A DNA stretch of 37,375 bases. Source: a virus (lineage: Duplodnaviria > Caudoviricetes). Every line of letters starts with the position of its first letter. The stretch's first letter is position 1. Below the pieces are notes generated by a model. The model searched no databases and was not told the origin of the DNA. It saw nothing but the letters and a program-made list of their open reading frames with translations. The stretch spans positions 1 to 37,375 of the IMG/VR virus record IMGVR_UViG_3300012943_000687. The stretch is one strand, 5' to 3'. The translations under genes were made by a program, and so were the position numbers. This document shows, one piece after another, positions 19,227 to 26,819 of the stretch.

Positions 19227-20252
19227 TTAAACCCAGCTGGCGCCGTCTTTAATTTTTACGTTTGCAAATTCAAAACCTGCTGCTGCCTCTTCGTTTTCGA
19301 CTACATAGCCCTCGTTTGAGCTGTTGAAATCTTCAACGCGATTGCGCTTGGCATTGTCTTCAATTTTTCGGCGCCAGCCGGTGATTTGGTAATACAAACT
19401 CAAGTTGGCATAGCTGGAAATGAAAATGCCGCGAGCAGGAAAACCGCTTGGCGTATCAACCGGCAAACCGCCATAGGTTTTGGTTACTTTTTCATTGGCA
19501 ATTTTTTCTTTTTCGGTTGGGGTTTGGCCTTGCGCGTTGTACAAACGTTCTTTTTCGTTTGACAGTAAATCAATGCCAACAAACGCAACTAAATCACCCG
19601 CTTCACGGTGAATAGGGTCAATCATCATCAGGCAGGCATGAACTGCCGCATCCAGATTTTCAAAATCACCACCGGCACCAATGCGAATTTCATCCGTAGT
19701 GCCACCTTCCAAAAACCACTGCGCACCGCTGTTGTAAGCGCGCATTTTTTGAAACCAACCTACGTTCACGTCTTCGCCGTTCGGGGATGTGCCGCTATTG
19801 GTTACCGCTGCAGCTGATGTGCCGTACCAACCGGTGCGCACACGAGCCATTGCAATGGCTTTGCGCACCCACTTTGCATAGCGCTCTTGAAAGTCCGGGA
19901 ACTTTGCCCAGGAATCAATCGTGGCGTATTTAATAAAGACGTCAAACTCTGTAGGGAACAGTTCGTATGTTTGCGAACCTAACGCCAAAACGCTTTGCGG
20001 TACGCGGTCATTGCTGTCGGTGTTTGTTCTTTTGCCGAGCAACACATTTGCAGAGCCAAGAACTTTTTCACCCTTAATTTCATCAACCGGCATCACATTA
20101 ATTTTTTGCAGGAAGGTATCTTGCTCAACAATTTTGTCCTGCAGTTTTTGTGTAACGGTTGGCAATGGATCAAAGTACTCACTTACAGATGCAACGCCGT
20201 ATGAACTCGCCATTACGGTTAACATTGCAGTAAATAGCATTTTATGTTTCAT
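19227..20252 (-). CDS. major capsid protein, P2 family (gpN-like)
   Basis: FLQKIN, YATIDSWAKFPDF, PNGEDVNVGW, FP.RG..I.S..NLS.Y and NEGYVVE motifs. Confidence 0.95.
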   Translation of the reverse strand: MKHKMLFTAMLTVMASSYGVASVSEYFDPLPTVTQKLQDKIVEQDTFLQKINVMPVDEIKGEKVLGSANVLLGKRTNTDSNDRVPQSVLALGSQTYELFPTEFDVFIKYATIDSWAKFPDFQERYAKWVRKAIAMARVRTGWYGTSAAAVTNSGTSPNGEDVNVGWFQKMRAYNSGAQWFLEGGTTDEIRIGAGGDFENLDAAVHACLMMIDPIHREAGDLVAFVGIDLLSNEKERLYNAQGQTPTEKEKIANEKVTKTYGGLPVDTPSGFPARGIFISSYANLSLYYQITGWRRKIEDNAKRNRVEDFNSSNEGYVVENEEAAAGFEFANVKIKDGASWV

Positions 20253-20314
20253 AATAAATTCCTGAAATAAATAAGGTTAAAAATCAAAAATGGTTTTGGC
20301 TTGGCTGGCCTGAA

Positions 20315-21130
20315 TTAGAGCAGCTCGTTTGTTGCCTCGCCTTCAGGTGAGCCAGGCTTGGTTGCCCCTGCAGGATTTTTGCGAAGCTCTTCAAATGTTG
20401 TATTAATTGTTTTGAGCTTTTCGTTCAGTTCGTCGAATTCAGCTTTACTAACAAACTTTTCTGGATCTGGATTGGCTTTTGGATCAGGGTCTGGCTTTTT
20501 CTCGGGATCAGGTTTTTTATTAAAGTTTTCAGCCAACACCACCAAGGCAGCGTTGGTTTCTTTTTGTGCATCAAGTAGCTGTTTAAATTGCTCATCGTTC
20601 ATTTTGGATTCCTGCTCAGTTTTGTTGAATAAATTATCTAAAAAGCTTTTCTTTTCTTCAGTTGTTGAAGACAAATCTAATTGATCACCGCAAAAATAGA
20701 ATTTTTCGCCTTGCTCATTGAATTGAAGTTCAGTTGTGCCCAAGCTTGCAGGGGTATCGGTAACTGCGAGGCCGCCTAAATAGGCCTTGCCTTTATTCGC
20801 GAAATTTTTAAGTACTTCTATAGATGTGTGAACCCATTTGCCGCGCTGGTTCATGTAAACCAATTCATCGGACGGTACAATAATTGCCATCAGGTGAATT
20901 TCACCTTTTAATTTTTCATCAGTTGCATCGGCATCCATTGTTTTTAATGCAACAACTTTTCCTTGTGAACCCCAATCACGCAAATGATTAGGCCAGATTT
21001 TTGCGCTATAAAAAGATGGGTTATAGGTTTCGGCCATGTCTTTTAGCCATTCTTTTTTTATTTCGCGTCCGTCTGTCGTGTTGCCACTAGTTGCAACTAT
21101 TACCCAACCTGTTTTTAAGTTTGCTGGCAT
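20315..21130 (-). CDS. capsid scaffolding protein/protease (gpO-like)
   Basis: ATSG.T.DGREI...W..DMAETYNP and YL.GLAVTD.PASLGT motifs. Confidence 0.92.
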   Translation of the reverse strand: MPANLKTGWVIVATSGNTTDGREIKKEWLKDMAETYNPSFYSAKIWPNHLRDWGSQGKVVALKTMDADATDEKLKGEIHLMAIIVPSDELVYMNQRGKWVHTSIEVLKNFANKGKAYLGGLAVTDTPASLGTTELQFNEQGEKFYFCGDQLDLSSTTEEKKSFLDNLFNKTEQESKMNDEQFKQLLDAQKETNAALVVLAENFNKKPDPEKKPDPDPKANPDPEKFVSKAEFDELNEKLKTINTTFEELRKNPAGATKPGSPEGEATNELL

Positions 21131-21230
21131 TTGTGACGCCTCAAAAAATAATGAATGTGAAGAAAATCGTTAAGATGGGCGAATCATAATCAGCGAAAAT
21201 TAATTGATCAAAGACGTAAGGTTTTATATT

Positions 21231-21253
21231 TTTTTATATGAGTCGTATAAAAA
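21231..21253. promoter_or_regulatory. dyad in the divergent late-promoter region (candidate Ogr-type activator site)
   Basis: TTTTTATA-N7-TATAAAAA inverted repeat between the divergent scaffold and terminase starts. Confidence 0.4.
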
Positions 21254-21308
21254 TAATTAGTCATGAATAACCATTAATATTATTAAATCTCCCTTTAAAA
21301 TTGGTTTC

Positions 21309-23054
21309 ATGAATGCACAAAGAATTATTACCCCTGAAATTAAACTGGCTGCACGTGCTTTTTATTTACAGCACACACCCGTTACTGAAATCGCGAAGAC
21401 ATTCGGGGTAACTGGCCGCACCGTTTATAATTGGAGAACAGAGGGATGTTGGGATGATCTAATAGAGGGAACCAGCATTGAACATGCCATAGCGCGCCGG
21501 TATATAACGCTAACTGAAGTCAATAATAAAACGCCCGAGCAGCTGGATGAAATGGACAGGCTGGTGAAACACTTGGAGCAGATAGCCAAGGTTAGGCAAA
21601 TTGAAGCAAAAACAAAAAACTTTTCTGATGGTGACGGAAAACTTAAAACGCAAAAATCAGACAAGAAAAAAAATAGCAGTAAAAATGATATCAGCAGTAT
21701 TACCGCTGAAAAATTGGAAGAAATTCGCAAAGAGCTTTTTTACGAGTATCAACATTGCTGGCATGATAATAAAAACCAGAGAACCCGCTTTATATTGAAG
21801 TCACGCCAAATCGGTGCTACCTATTATTTTGCCTGGGAAGCCTTTGAAGATGCGGTAATCAGTGGCGACAATCAAATATTCTTAAGTGCTAGTAAAAACC
21901 AAGCCGAAGTTTTCAAGGCTTACATTTTGTTGTTTGCCAAAAAATATTTTGATATTGAATTGAAAGGCTCAGAAGTTATTGAGTTAAGCAACGGTGCGCA
22001 ATTACGCTTTGTGTCAACCAACGCGAGAACAGCACAAAGCTACAACGGCCACTTGTATATTGACGAGGTTTTTTGGATTCCGGATTTCAAAAAATTAAAT
22101 ACCGTTGCCAGTGCGATGGCGTCACACAAAAAATGGCGAAAGACTTATTTTTCTACCCCATCTATTAAAACTCACGGCGCTTATACTCTCTGGAGCGGTG
22201 ATAAATTTAATGAGGGTAAAAAGACAAAAGTTGAATTTGACCTGTCACACGCAGCGCTTAAAGATGGGTTGCTGTGCCAGGATAAAATTTGGCGCAATGT
22301 TGTTACCGTTATTGATGCCCAGGCAAAAGGCTGTGACTTGTTTGACATTGACGAATTGCGCATTGAGTACAGTGATAGCGAATTCAATAATTTGTTTATG
22401 TGCGCATTCCTGGAAGCGGGTTTATCCGTTTTCAAACTCGGTGATTTGCTGGCCTGTGCGGTTGATAGCAATGTGGTGTGGGTTGACTTTAAAACAGGCC
22501 AAGTGCGGCCCTATGGTGACAACCCTGTGTGGGTTGGTTATGACCCCGCCAGGCGAGGCGACAAATCAACGGTTGTTGTCGTTGCCCCACCATTAAAACC
22601 CGGCGGAAAATTTCGCGTGATGGAAAAAATAAATGTGCGCGGCAGTTGGATTGCGCAAGCAGAAGCGATTAAACAATTGATGGGAAAATACAATGTGGTT
22701 TTTATGGGCATTGACTGCACCGGCCCAGGCAATGGCGTATTTGAAATGGTGCAAGCGTTTTTCCCGCGAGTTACCGCCATACATTACAACCTGGACACAA
22801 AAACAAAATTGGTATTGAAAGCACAGGGCGTGATTGAAACCAACCGCATTGAATGGGACGCGCAACATACCGACATATCGCAAGCGTTTTTACAAATTCA
22901 CTTGACCAGTACTGGCAATGATCAAATTACTTATCAAGCCGATAGAAATAGTGAGAACGGCCACGCAGATGTTGCTTTTGCAATTATGCACGCAATCAGT
23001 AACGAACCCTTAAACATTAACAAACGCAAATCCGGCGTTGCAATGAGTCAATAA
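21309..23054 (+). CDS. terminase large (ATPase) subunit (gpP-like)
   Basis: N-terminal HTH, LKSRQIGATYYFA Walker A, LYIDE Walker B, GYDPA nuclease motif and GHAD. Confidence 0.95.
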   Translation: MNAQRIITPEIKLAARAFYLQHTPVTEIAKTFGVTGRTVYNWRTEGCWDDLIEGTSIEHAIARRYITLTEVNNKTPEQLDEMDRLVKHLEQIAKVRQIEAKTKNFSDGDGKLKTQKSDKKKNSSKNDISSITAEKLEEIRKELFYEYQHCWHDNKNQRTRFILKSRQIGATYYFAWEAFEDAVISGDNQIFLSASKNQAEVFKAYILLFAKKYFDIELKGSEVIELSNGAQLRFVSTNARTAQSYNGHLYIDEVFWIPDFKKLNTVASAMASHKKWRKTYFSTPSIKTHGAYTLWSGDKFNEGKKTKVEFDLSHAALKDGLLCQDKIWRNVVTVIDAQAKGCDLFDIDELRIEYSDSEFNNLFMCAFLEAGLSVFKLGDLLACAVDSNVVWVDFKTGQVRPYGDNPVWVGYDPARRGDKSTVVVVAPPLKPGGKFRVMEKINVRGSWIAQAEAIKQLMGKYNVVFMGIDCTGPGNGVFEMVQAFFPRVTAIHYNLDTKTKLVLKAQGVIETNRIEWDAQHTDISQAFLQIHLTSTGNDQITYQADRNSENGHADVAFAIMHAISNEPLNINKRKSGVAMSQ

Positions 23055-23055
23055 C

Positions 23056-24087
23056 ATGCAAACAGAAAAACCACGCGTTCGAGTTTCTGCAAATATGGCT
23101 GATGAAACACAGCCCAACCGGGCAACTGCTTTTAAATTTGGTGACCCTGAAAGTGTTTTGAATTCGTCAATTGGGGATTACTTGGGCGTGTTTTGCAACG
23201 GTGATTATTTCGAGCCGCCTGTATCACTACCAGGGCTTGGGAAAATACTGCGCGCTAATGGCTACCACTGCACGATTCCGCCCTTTCGCCGCAATCGACT
23301 GCTTCAGTATTACGTTAGCAATGAAACCTTGCCGGATGATCAGTTAGGGGCGGCCAGCATTGATTTTGATGTGTTCGGTAATTGTTATTTGCAAAAAATT
23401 GAAAACGCTTTTGGCGAAGTGCTTGGATTTCGACACTTGCCCGCAATCAATATGCGTAAAGCAAAAAAAGATGGGGTGTATTGGCAGTTGCAAAAAAATG
23501 GTAACCCGCCGATAAAATTCAAGGCCGGTGAAGTGGTACACCTGAAAGAATACGATGTGAATCAAGGGATTTATGGCATACCGCAATATTTTGGTGGGAT
23601 CAACGCTGTAATGCTGTCAGAAGAGGCAACGCTATTTCGCCGCAAATATTATGTGAACGGCGCTCACATGGGTTACATACTCTACACAGCAGACCCATCA
23701 CTTGACGAAAAAGATGAAGCCGCAATTAAAAAAGCGGTGACTGAATCAAAAGGCGTTGGAAATTTCCGCTCACTTTATCTCAACATTCCAAACGGAAAAG
23801 AAAAATCGGTTCAGCTGATTCCGGTTGGCGACATTGCCACCAAAGATGAATTTGAGCGCATTAAAAATATTACGCGTGATGAAATTTTGGCAATGTGGCG
23901 AATTCAAGCCGCACTTGCCGGTGTTCGCCCGGATAACACTGGCGGTTATGGGGATATAGAAAAAATCGCAAAAGTGTATTTTGAATATGAGACTGTTCCC
24001 ATGCAGGATAATTTTTTGCTGCTCAATCAATATTTGAAAGGTTCACGTAAATTGGTGTTCACAAAACCGAAGGATGGAGAATTTTAA
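23056..24087 (+). CDS. portal protein, PBSX/P2 gpQ family
   Basis: YDVNQ.IYG.PQY, ATLFRRKYY.NGAHMGYI and KGVGNFRSL motifs. Confidence 0.95.
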   Translation: MQTEKPRVRVSANMADETQPNRATAFKFGDPESVLNSSIGDYLGVFCNGDYFEPPVSLPGLGKILRANGYHCTIPPFRRNRLLQYYVSNETLPDDQLGAASIDFDVFGNCYLQKIENAFGEVLGFRHLPAINMRKAKKDGVYWQLQKNGNPPIKFKAGEVVHLKEYDVNQGIYGIPQYFGGINAVMLSEEATLFRRKYYVNGAHMGYILYTADPSLDEKDEAAIKKAVTESKGVGNFRSLYLNIPNGKEKSVQLIPVGDIATKDEFERIKNITRDEILAMWRIQAALAGVRPDNTGGYGDIEKIAKVYFEYETVPMQDNFLLLNQYLKGSRKLVFTKPKDGEF

Positions 24088-24168
24088 TTGAACCGATACA
24101 AATATCATCGATCAAATGTTATACTTTTTCCTGAATTGCATAAGTCAATAATTTTTGGGGATGAATCA

Positions 24169-24411
24169 ATGCAAATTGATTGTATACAATGCTTCGGTAA
24201 AGCGATCATCCACAGCCGCAAAAAGCTGGACACGAAAGTCAGCCAGCTTTACTGCTCTTGCAAAAATCCAGAGTGTGGCCACACCTTCGTGATGGATCTA
24301 ACCTTCAGCCACAGCCTTTCCCTTTCCGCGTCACAATCCAAATACATGATCATGGATCTATTCCGCTCACTACCCGAATCAGACCGCCGCGAGTTGCTGG
24401 CACAAGCCTAA
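24169..24411 (+). CDS. ogr: Ogr/Delta-family zinc-finger late transcription activator
   Basis: C-x2-C...LYCSC-x4-CGHTFV..L.FSH.LS motif; ATG 24169 with GGGGA RBS. Confidence 0.9.
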   Translation: MQIDCIQCFGKAIIHSRKKLDTKVSQLYCSCKNPECGHTFVMDLTFSHSLSLSASQSKYMIMDLFRSLPESDRRELLAQA

Positions 24412-24445
24412 TTTTCAATATTCCAAAACGATCTAAATTAATTAC

Positions 24446-24473
24446 TTGCGCTTGCGCTCAATGAGCGTACACT
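24446..24473 (+). promoter_or_regulatory. sigma70-like promoter with palindromic operator upstream of the Acr-like gene
   Basis: TTGCGC-N16-TACACT with CGCTCA-A-TGAGCG (24455-24467) in the spacer. Confidence 0.6.
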
Positions 24474-24541
24474 AACAACCATGCAAGCAAGATTGCTTAC
24501 ATCCGATCCGGCGGAACCGGAAATCGAAAAAGGTAAATATC

Positions 24542-24838
24542 ATGAAAAAAATCACTGCAATTCAATATTGGACATTCACCAATCAAGAAAACAATGAAAC
24601 AGAATATTGGGGCAATATTGCTATCGATGATAGCTTTATGTTGCAGTTTCACGGCAATAGCGAAGAATGCTCCTACTCAATTCCTCATTCTTCTGATGCA
24701 AGCTGGAACTCAGCAGAATCACAAGATGCCGCTTTTGAAAAATACAGCAAAAAAGAAGTAGTAGAATTTGTTGAAAGCCAAGGCTTCGAAAACAACTTGT
24801 TTTATGTGCAAGAAAATGGTGAATGCTACAACGCATAA
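24542..24838 (+). CDS. small acidic protein, candidate anti-CRISPR/anti-defence
   Basis: 98 aa with 17 D/E vs 5 K and no R. Own promoter, AAGGT RBS and terminator; adjacent to CRISPR-like repeats and an Aca-like HTH. Confidence 0.6.
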   Translation: MKKITAIQYWTFTNQENNETEYWGNIAIDDSFMLQFHGNSEECSYSIPHSSDASWNSAESQDAAFEKYSKKEVVEFVESQGFENNLFYVQENGECYNA

Positions 24839-24840
24839 AG

Positions 24841-24870
24841 AAAAGCCCCGGTTTTATCCGGGGCTTTTTT
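24841..24870. terminator. bidirectional intrinsic terminator
   Basis: AAAAGCCCCGG-TTTTAT-CCGGGGCTTTTTT, with T tracts on both strands. Confidence 0.9.
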
Positions 24871-24958
24871 TGCTGCCTGTGCGGCAGTGAACGGTTGCAT
24901 TAGCGGGTTATTTCTAACCTTTGCTTTTGCTTTCTAAGCTGCCTGCGCGGCAGTAGAA
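24865..24958 (-). CRISPR. type I-F CRISPR-like mini-array / crRNA-like RNA (two 28-nt repeats, one 38-nt spacer), no cas genes
   Basis: Plus strand TTTTTTTGCTGCCTGTGCGGCAGTGAAC (24865-24892) and TTTCTAAGCTGCCTGCGCGGCAGTAGAA (24931-24958), compared with the canonical I-F repeat TTTCTAAGCTGCCTGTGCGGCAGTGAAC. Both CTGCC-N5-GGCAG Cas6f hairpins are intact. Confidence 0.85.
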
Positions 24959-24963
24959 ATTTG

Positions 24964-24992
24964 ATTTAAGCAGAGTGATTACATCATGTCAA
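24964..24992 (-). promoter_or_regulatory. sigma70-like promoter for the crRNA-like RNA
   Basis: Minus strand TTGACA-N17-TTAAAT, preceded by TG (extended -10). Predicted start ~24957, at the first repeat. Confidence 0.55.
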
Positions 24993-25297
24993 CTGAAACG
25001 AGTGAACTACACATTACTGAGATCCCCCGCGAAGACAAATGCCGCTGGGCAGCCGCTGCATGTGCAAGCAATCAAAAACTGGCTGAGTGGGCAGTTAATG
25101 CACTCAACAATGCAGTGCCAGAAACCAATCCAGAATGGGCCTTTGGGCTTAGTGAGCGGGCGCGGCTGTGTTTGCTGTCAGCAGGTTTTGACAGTCGCGA
25201 AAGTGTTGCCAAGGCTGTTGCTGATGGCTTTGATATAGCCGCCATCAGCAACGCCGGAACAAAAATCAAAGATGAGGTGGAGTCATGGATAAAATAA
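24986..25297 (+). CDS. putative regulator: RHH-like N-terminus fused to an RNAP alpha-CTD-like (HhH) domain
   Basis: LHITEIPREDK.RW..AA....LAEW...ALN (RHH-like) plus LSERARLCL.SAG....V.......I.NAG.K...EV (alpha-CTD-like pattern). Confidence 0.5.
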   Translation: MSTETSELHITEIPREDKCRWAAAACASNQKLAEWAVNALNNAVPETNPEWAFGLSERARLCLLSAGFDSRESVAKAVADGFDIAAISNAGTKIKDEVESWIK

Positions 25298-25509
25298 CAC
25301 AACCCCCCCCTTGCCAAATCAAAGCCGCCAGGGAAGCGGCAGGCCTCACTCAAACTGCAGCGGCGGCATTAGTGCATGCAGGTTTAAAAACGTGGCAAAA
25401 CTGGGAGTCTGAAACCAGCGAAAATAGAAAAATTCCGCTGGCAGCATGGGAACTTTTTTTAATTAAAACTAAAAGTTTGGTCTCACGTAAAAAATTAAAG
25501 CCGCTCTAG
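25285..25509 (+). CDS. small XRE-type HTH protein, Aca-like
   Basis: IKAAREAAGLTQTAAAALVH..LKTWQNWE..RKIP.AAWELF; overlaps the upstream gene; GAGGTGGAG RBS. Confidence 0.75.
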   Translation: MDKITQPPPCQIKAAREAAGLTQTAAAALVHAGLKTWQNWESETSENRKIPLAAWELFLIKTKSLVSRKKLKPL

Positions 25510-25517
25510 ATGCGGCT
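25490..25517 (-). terminator. possible terminator between convergent genes
   Basis: AGCCGC-N7-GCGGCT hairpin followed on the minus strand by TTAATTTTTT. Confidence 0.4.
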
Positions 25518-25526
25518 GGCGTATTG

Positions 25527-25730
25527 TTAGTTTTTTTTATCAATAGAATTTTCTACTTCCATTATTTTTTCGTTTTGCCAGTCGATTATGTGGTAAATCC
25601 CCGCGCCTTCTTGCTCGCTTAATTCCGCAATATGCAAACGGCTGCACAATCCCTGGATCAAATTATTTACGGTGCGCACTTGATGCAAAACATCAATTGC
25701 GTTGAATGCTTCATTTCTTTGACTACCCAT
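25527..25730 (-). CDS. hypothetical protein (67 aa), moron-like
   Basis: ATG 25730 with AAGGT RBS; own upstream promoter. Confidence 0.6.
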   Translation of the reverse strand: MGSQRNEAFNAIDVLHQVRTVNNLIQGLCSRLHIAELSEQEGAGIYHIIDWQNEKIMEVENSIDKKN

Positions 25731-25810
25731 AAAAATACCTTTAGCCCGTGTGCTGTATTGCGCACCGCACAAATCAGATGATGATAGAATTATTTTTATT
25801 TAAATAAAAA

Positions 25811-25860
25811 TGGCACCTAAAGTGCCAATTGAGAATAGGAAGGATGGAAACGTATGTCAA
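25811..25860 (-). promoter_or_regulatory. sigma70-like promoter with a palindrome at the start site
   Basis: Minus strand TTGACA-N17-TATTCT (25860-25832); TGGCAC-N5-GTGCCA at 25811-25827. Confidence 0.55.
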
Positions 25861-25943
25861 TTATTATTTTTGTGAAATGTTTGTGTAGGTTTTACTGCAT
25901 TATTTGTGTTGGCTTTGCAATTACAAGACATTACATCAAACAG

Positions 25944-26327
25944 TTACCATTCAATTAAGTGGCCCACGAAAAGCCCAGATTCATCAACTTCTTTTTCAAA
26001 CCATTCAAAAAAATGATCTATTGATTTGAAGCCATCTTTCTCAACGAGTAGCGTTAATTCTGGGCTATAGGTATTCAACATAATAAAATATCCGAGGCTT
26101 GAGCTATAAAATGACACTAACTTATTTCTTGGAATAATTATTATTTCTGAAATACCTTTACAAATTTCACGGGAAAGAAGTCGGCAGACTTTTGTTCTCA
26201 TGCCAGTGTAAAGCTGTAAATGCTCACCAACATTTGGCGGCCTGCGCTTTCCTTTCTTACGAATGGTTTGCCGTTTTTTACCGGACTCAACATCATCCGC
26301 AAATTGTTTGTTAAAGTTGTAGTGCAT
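25944..26327 (-). CDS. ASCH/PUA-like domain protein
   Basis: F...V.SG.K.QTIR...P.VG..LQLYTGMRTK and DGF.....F..WF motifs; ATG 26327. Confidence 0.75.
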   Translation of the reverse strand: MHYNFNKQFADDVESGKKRQTIRKKGKRRPPNVGEHLQLYTGMRTKVCRLLSREICKGISEIIIIPRNKLVSFYSSSLGYFIMLNTYSPELTLLVEKDGFKSIDHFFEWFEKEVDESGLFVGHLIEW

Positions 26328-26343
26328 GTTTATCTCCAATTAA

Positions 26344-26658
26344 TTATTCATCTTTTGATAGGGAAAGTGCTTGATCTTCTGTGAGTACATTAATCGCAGG
26401 ATTTTCTCTTAATGAAACGCCACAAAATGGACAGAAGCTTGCAATAAGACAGTCTTTAATTTTCTTGGTTTTAAGCTCACCATTTTTATTTGGCAGCTTA
26501 TAGGTTCCTCCAATCGGCAGAAATGGTTTGCTGCTAAGAGTGTCGCCAAAAATAAGCGCATACCCATTAATTTCTATCTTTACATCTTGAGCGGAAGGCT
26601 CTTTCTTTTTGAATCTATCAAGAAGCTTTTCTTCAATTTTAGTTCTGCAATCACACAT
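26344..26658 (-). CDS. hypothetical phage protein with terminal Cys pairs (Zn-binding)
   Basis: MCDC at the N-terminus and FCPFCG near the C-terminus; GGAG RBS. Confidence 0.7.
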   Translation of the reverse strand: MCDCRTKIEEKLLDRFKKKEPSAQDVKIEINGYALIFGDTLSSKPFLPIGGTYKLPNKNGELKTKKIKDCLIASFCPFCGVSLRENPAINVLTEDQALSLSKDE

Positions 26659-26696
26659 AAATTTTCACTCCGTATCGTAGTTGTTAAGAATCATGC

Positions 26697-26819
26697 CTAT
26701 CTCTCCCACGGGAAAATTACTGAGTCATCCACATCTTGCATTCTTGAGTCTGGCAAGCAGCTGATGACGATAAGTGAAAGCGCCATAATAAAAAGTATGC
26801 AGGTTAATAATTTTTTCAT
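26697..26819 (-). CDS. 40-aa putative lipoprotein
   Basis: MKKLLTCILFIMALSLIVIS-CLPDSRMQDVDDSVIFPWER; ATGA overlap with the HNH gene stop; GAGGAG RBS. Confidence 0.55.
   Translation of the reverse strand: MKKLLTCILFIMALSLIVISCLPDSRMQDVDDSVIFPWER

Noticed and set aside
24088-24168. N-terminal extension of Ogr from TTG 24088
   Set aside because: ATG 24169 has an RBS and gives the typical Ogr start immediately before CxxC.
24865-24958. CTGCC-N5-GGCAG hairpins as plain terminators or REP elements, or the spacer as self-targeting
   Set aside because: The flanking GTTCA and CTTAGAAA match the I-F repeat beyond the hairpin. By eye I found no convincing PAM-flanked match of the spacer elsewhere in the window (not exhaustive).
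24975-25238. Alternative-frame ORF overlapping 24986..25297
   Set aside because: No recognisable features; the 24986 frame has domain-like motifs and couples to the HTH gene.
24412-25943. P2-type cos site expected near the portal-proximal accessory region
   Set aside because: No sequence resembling GGCGAGGCGGGGAAAGCAC was seen; cos cannot be placed.
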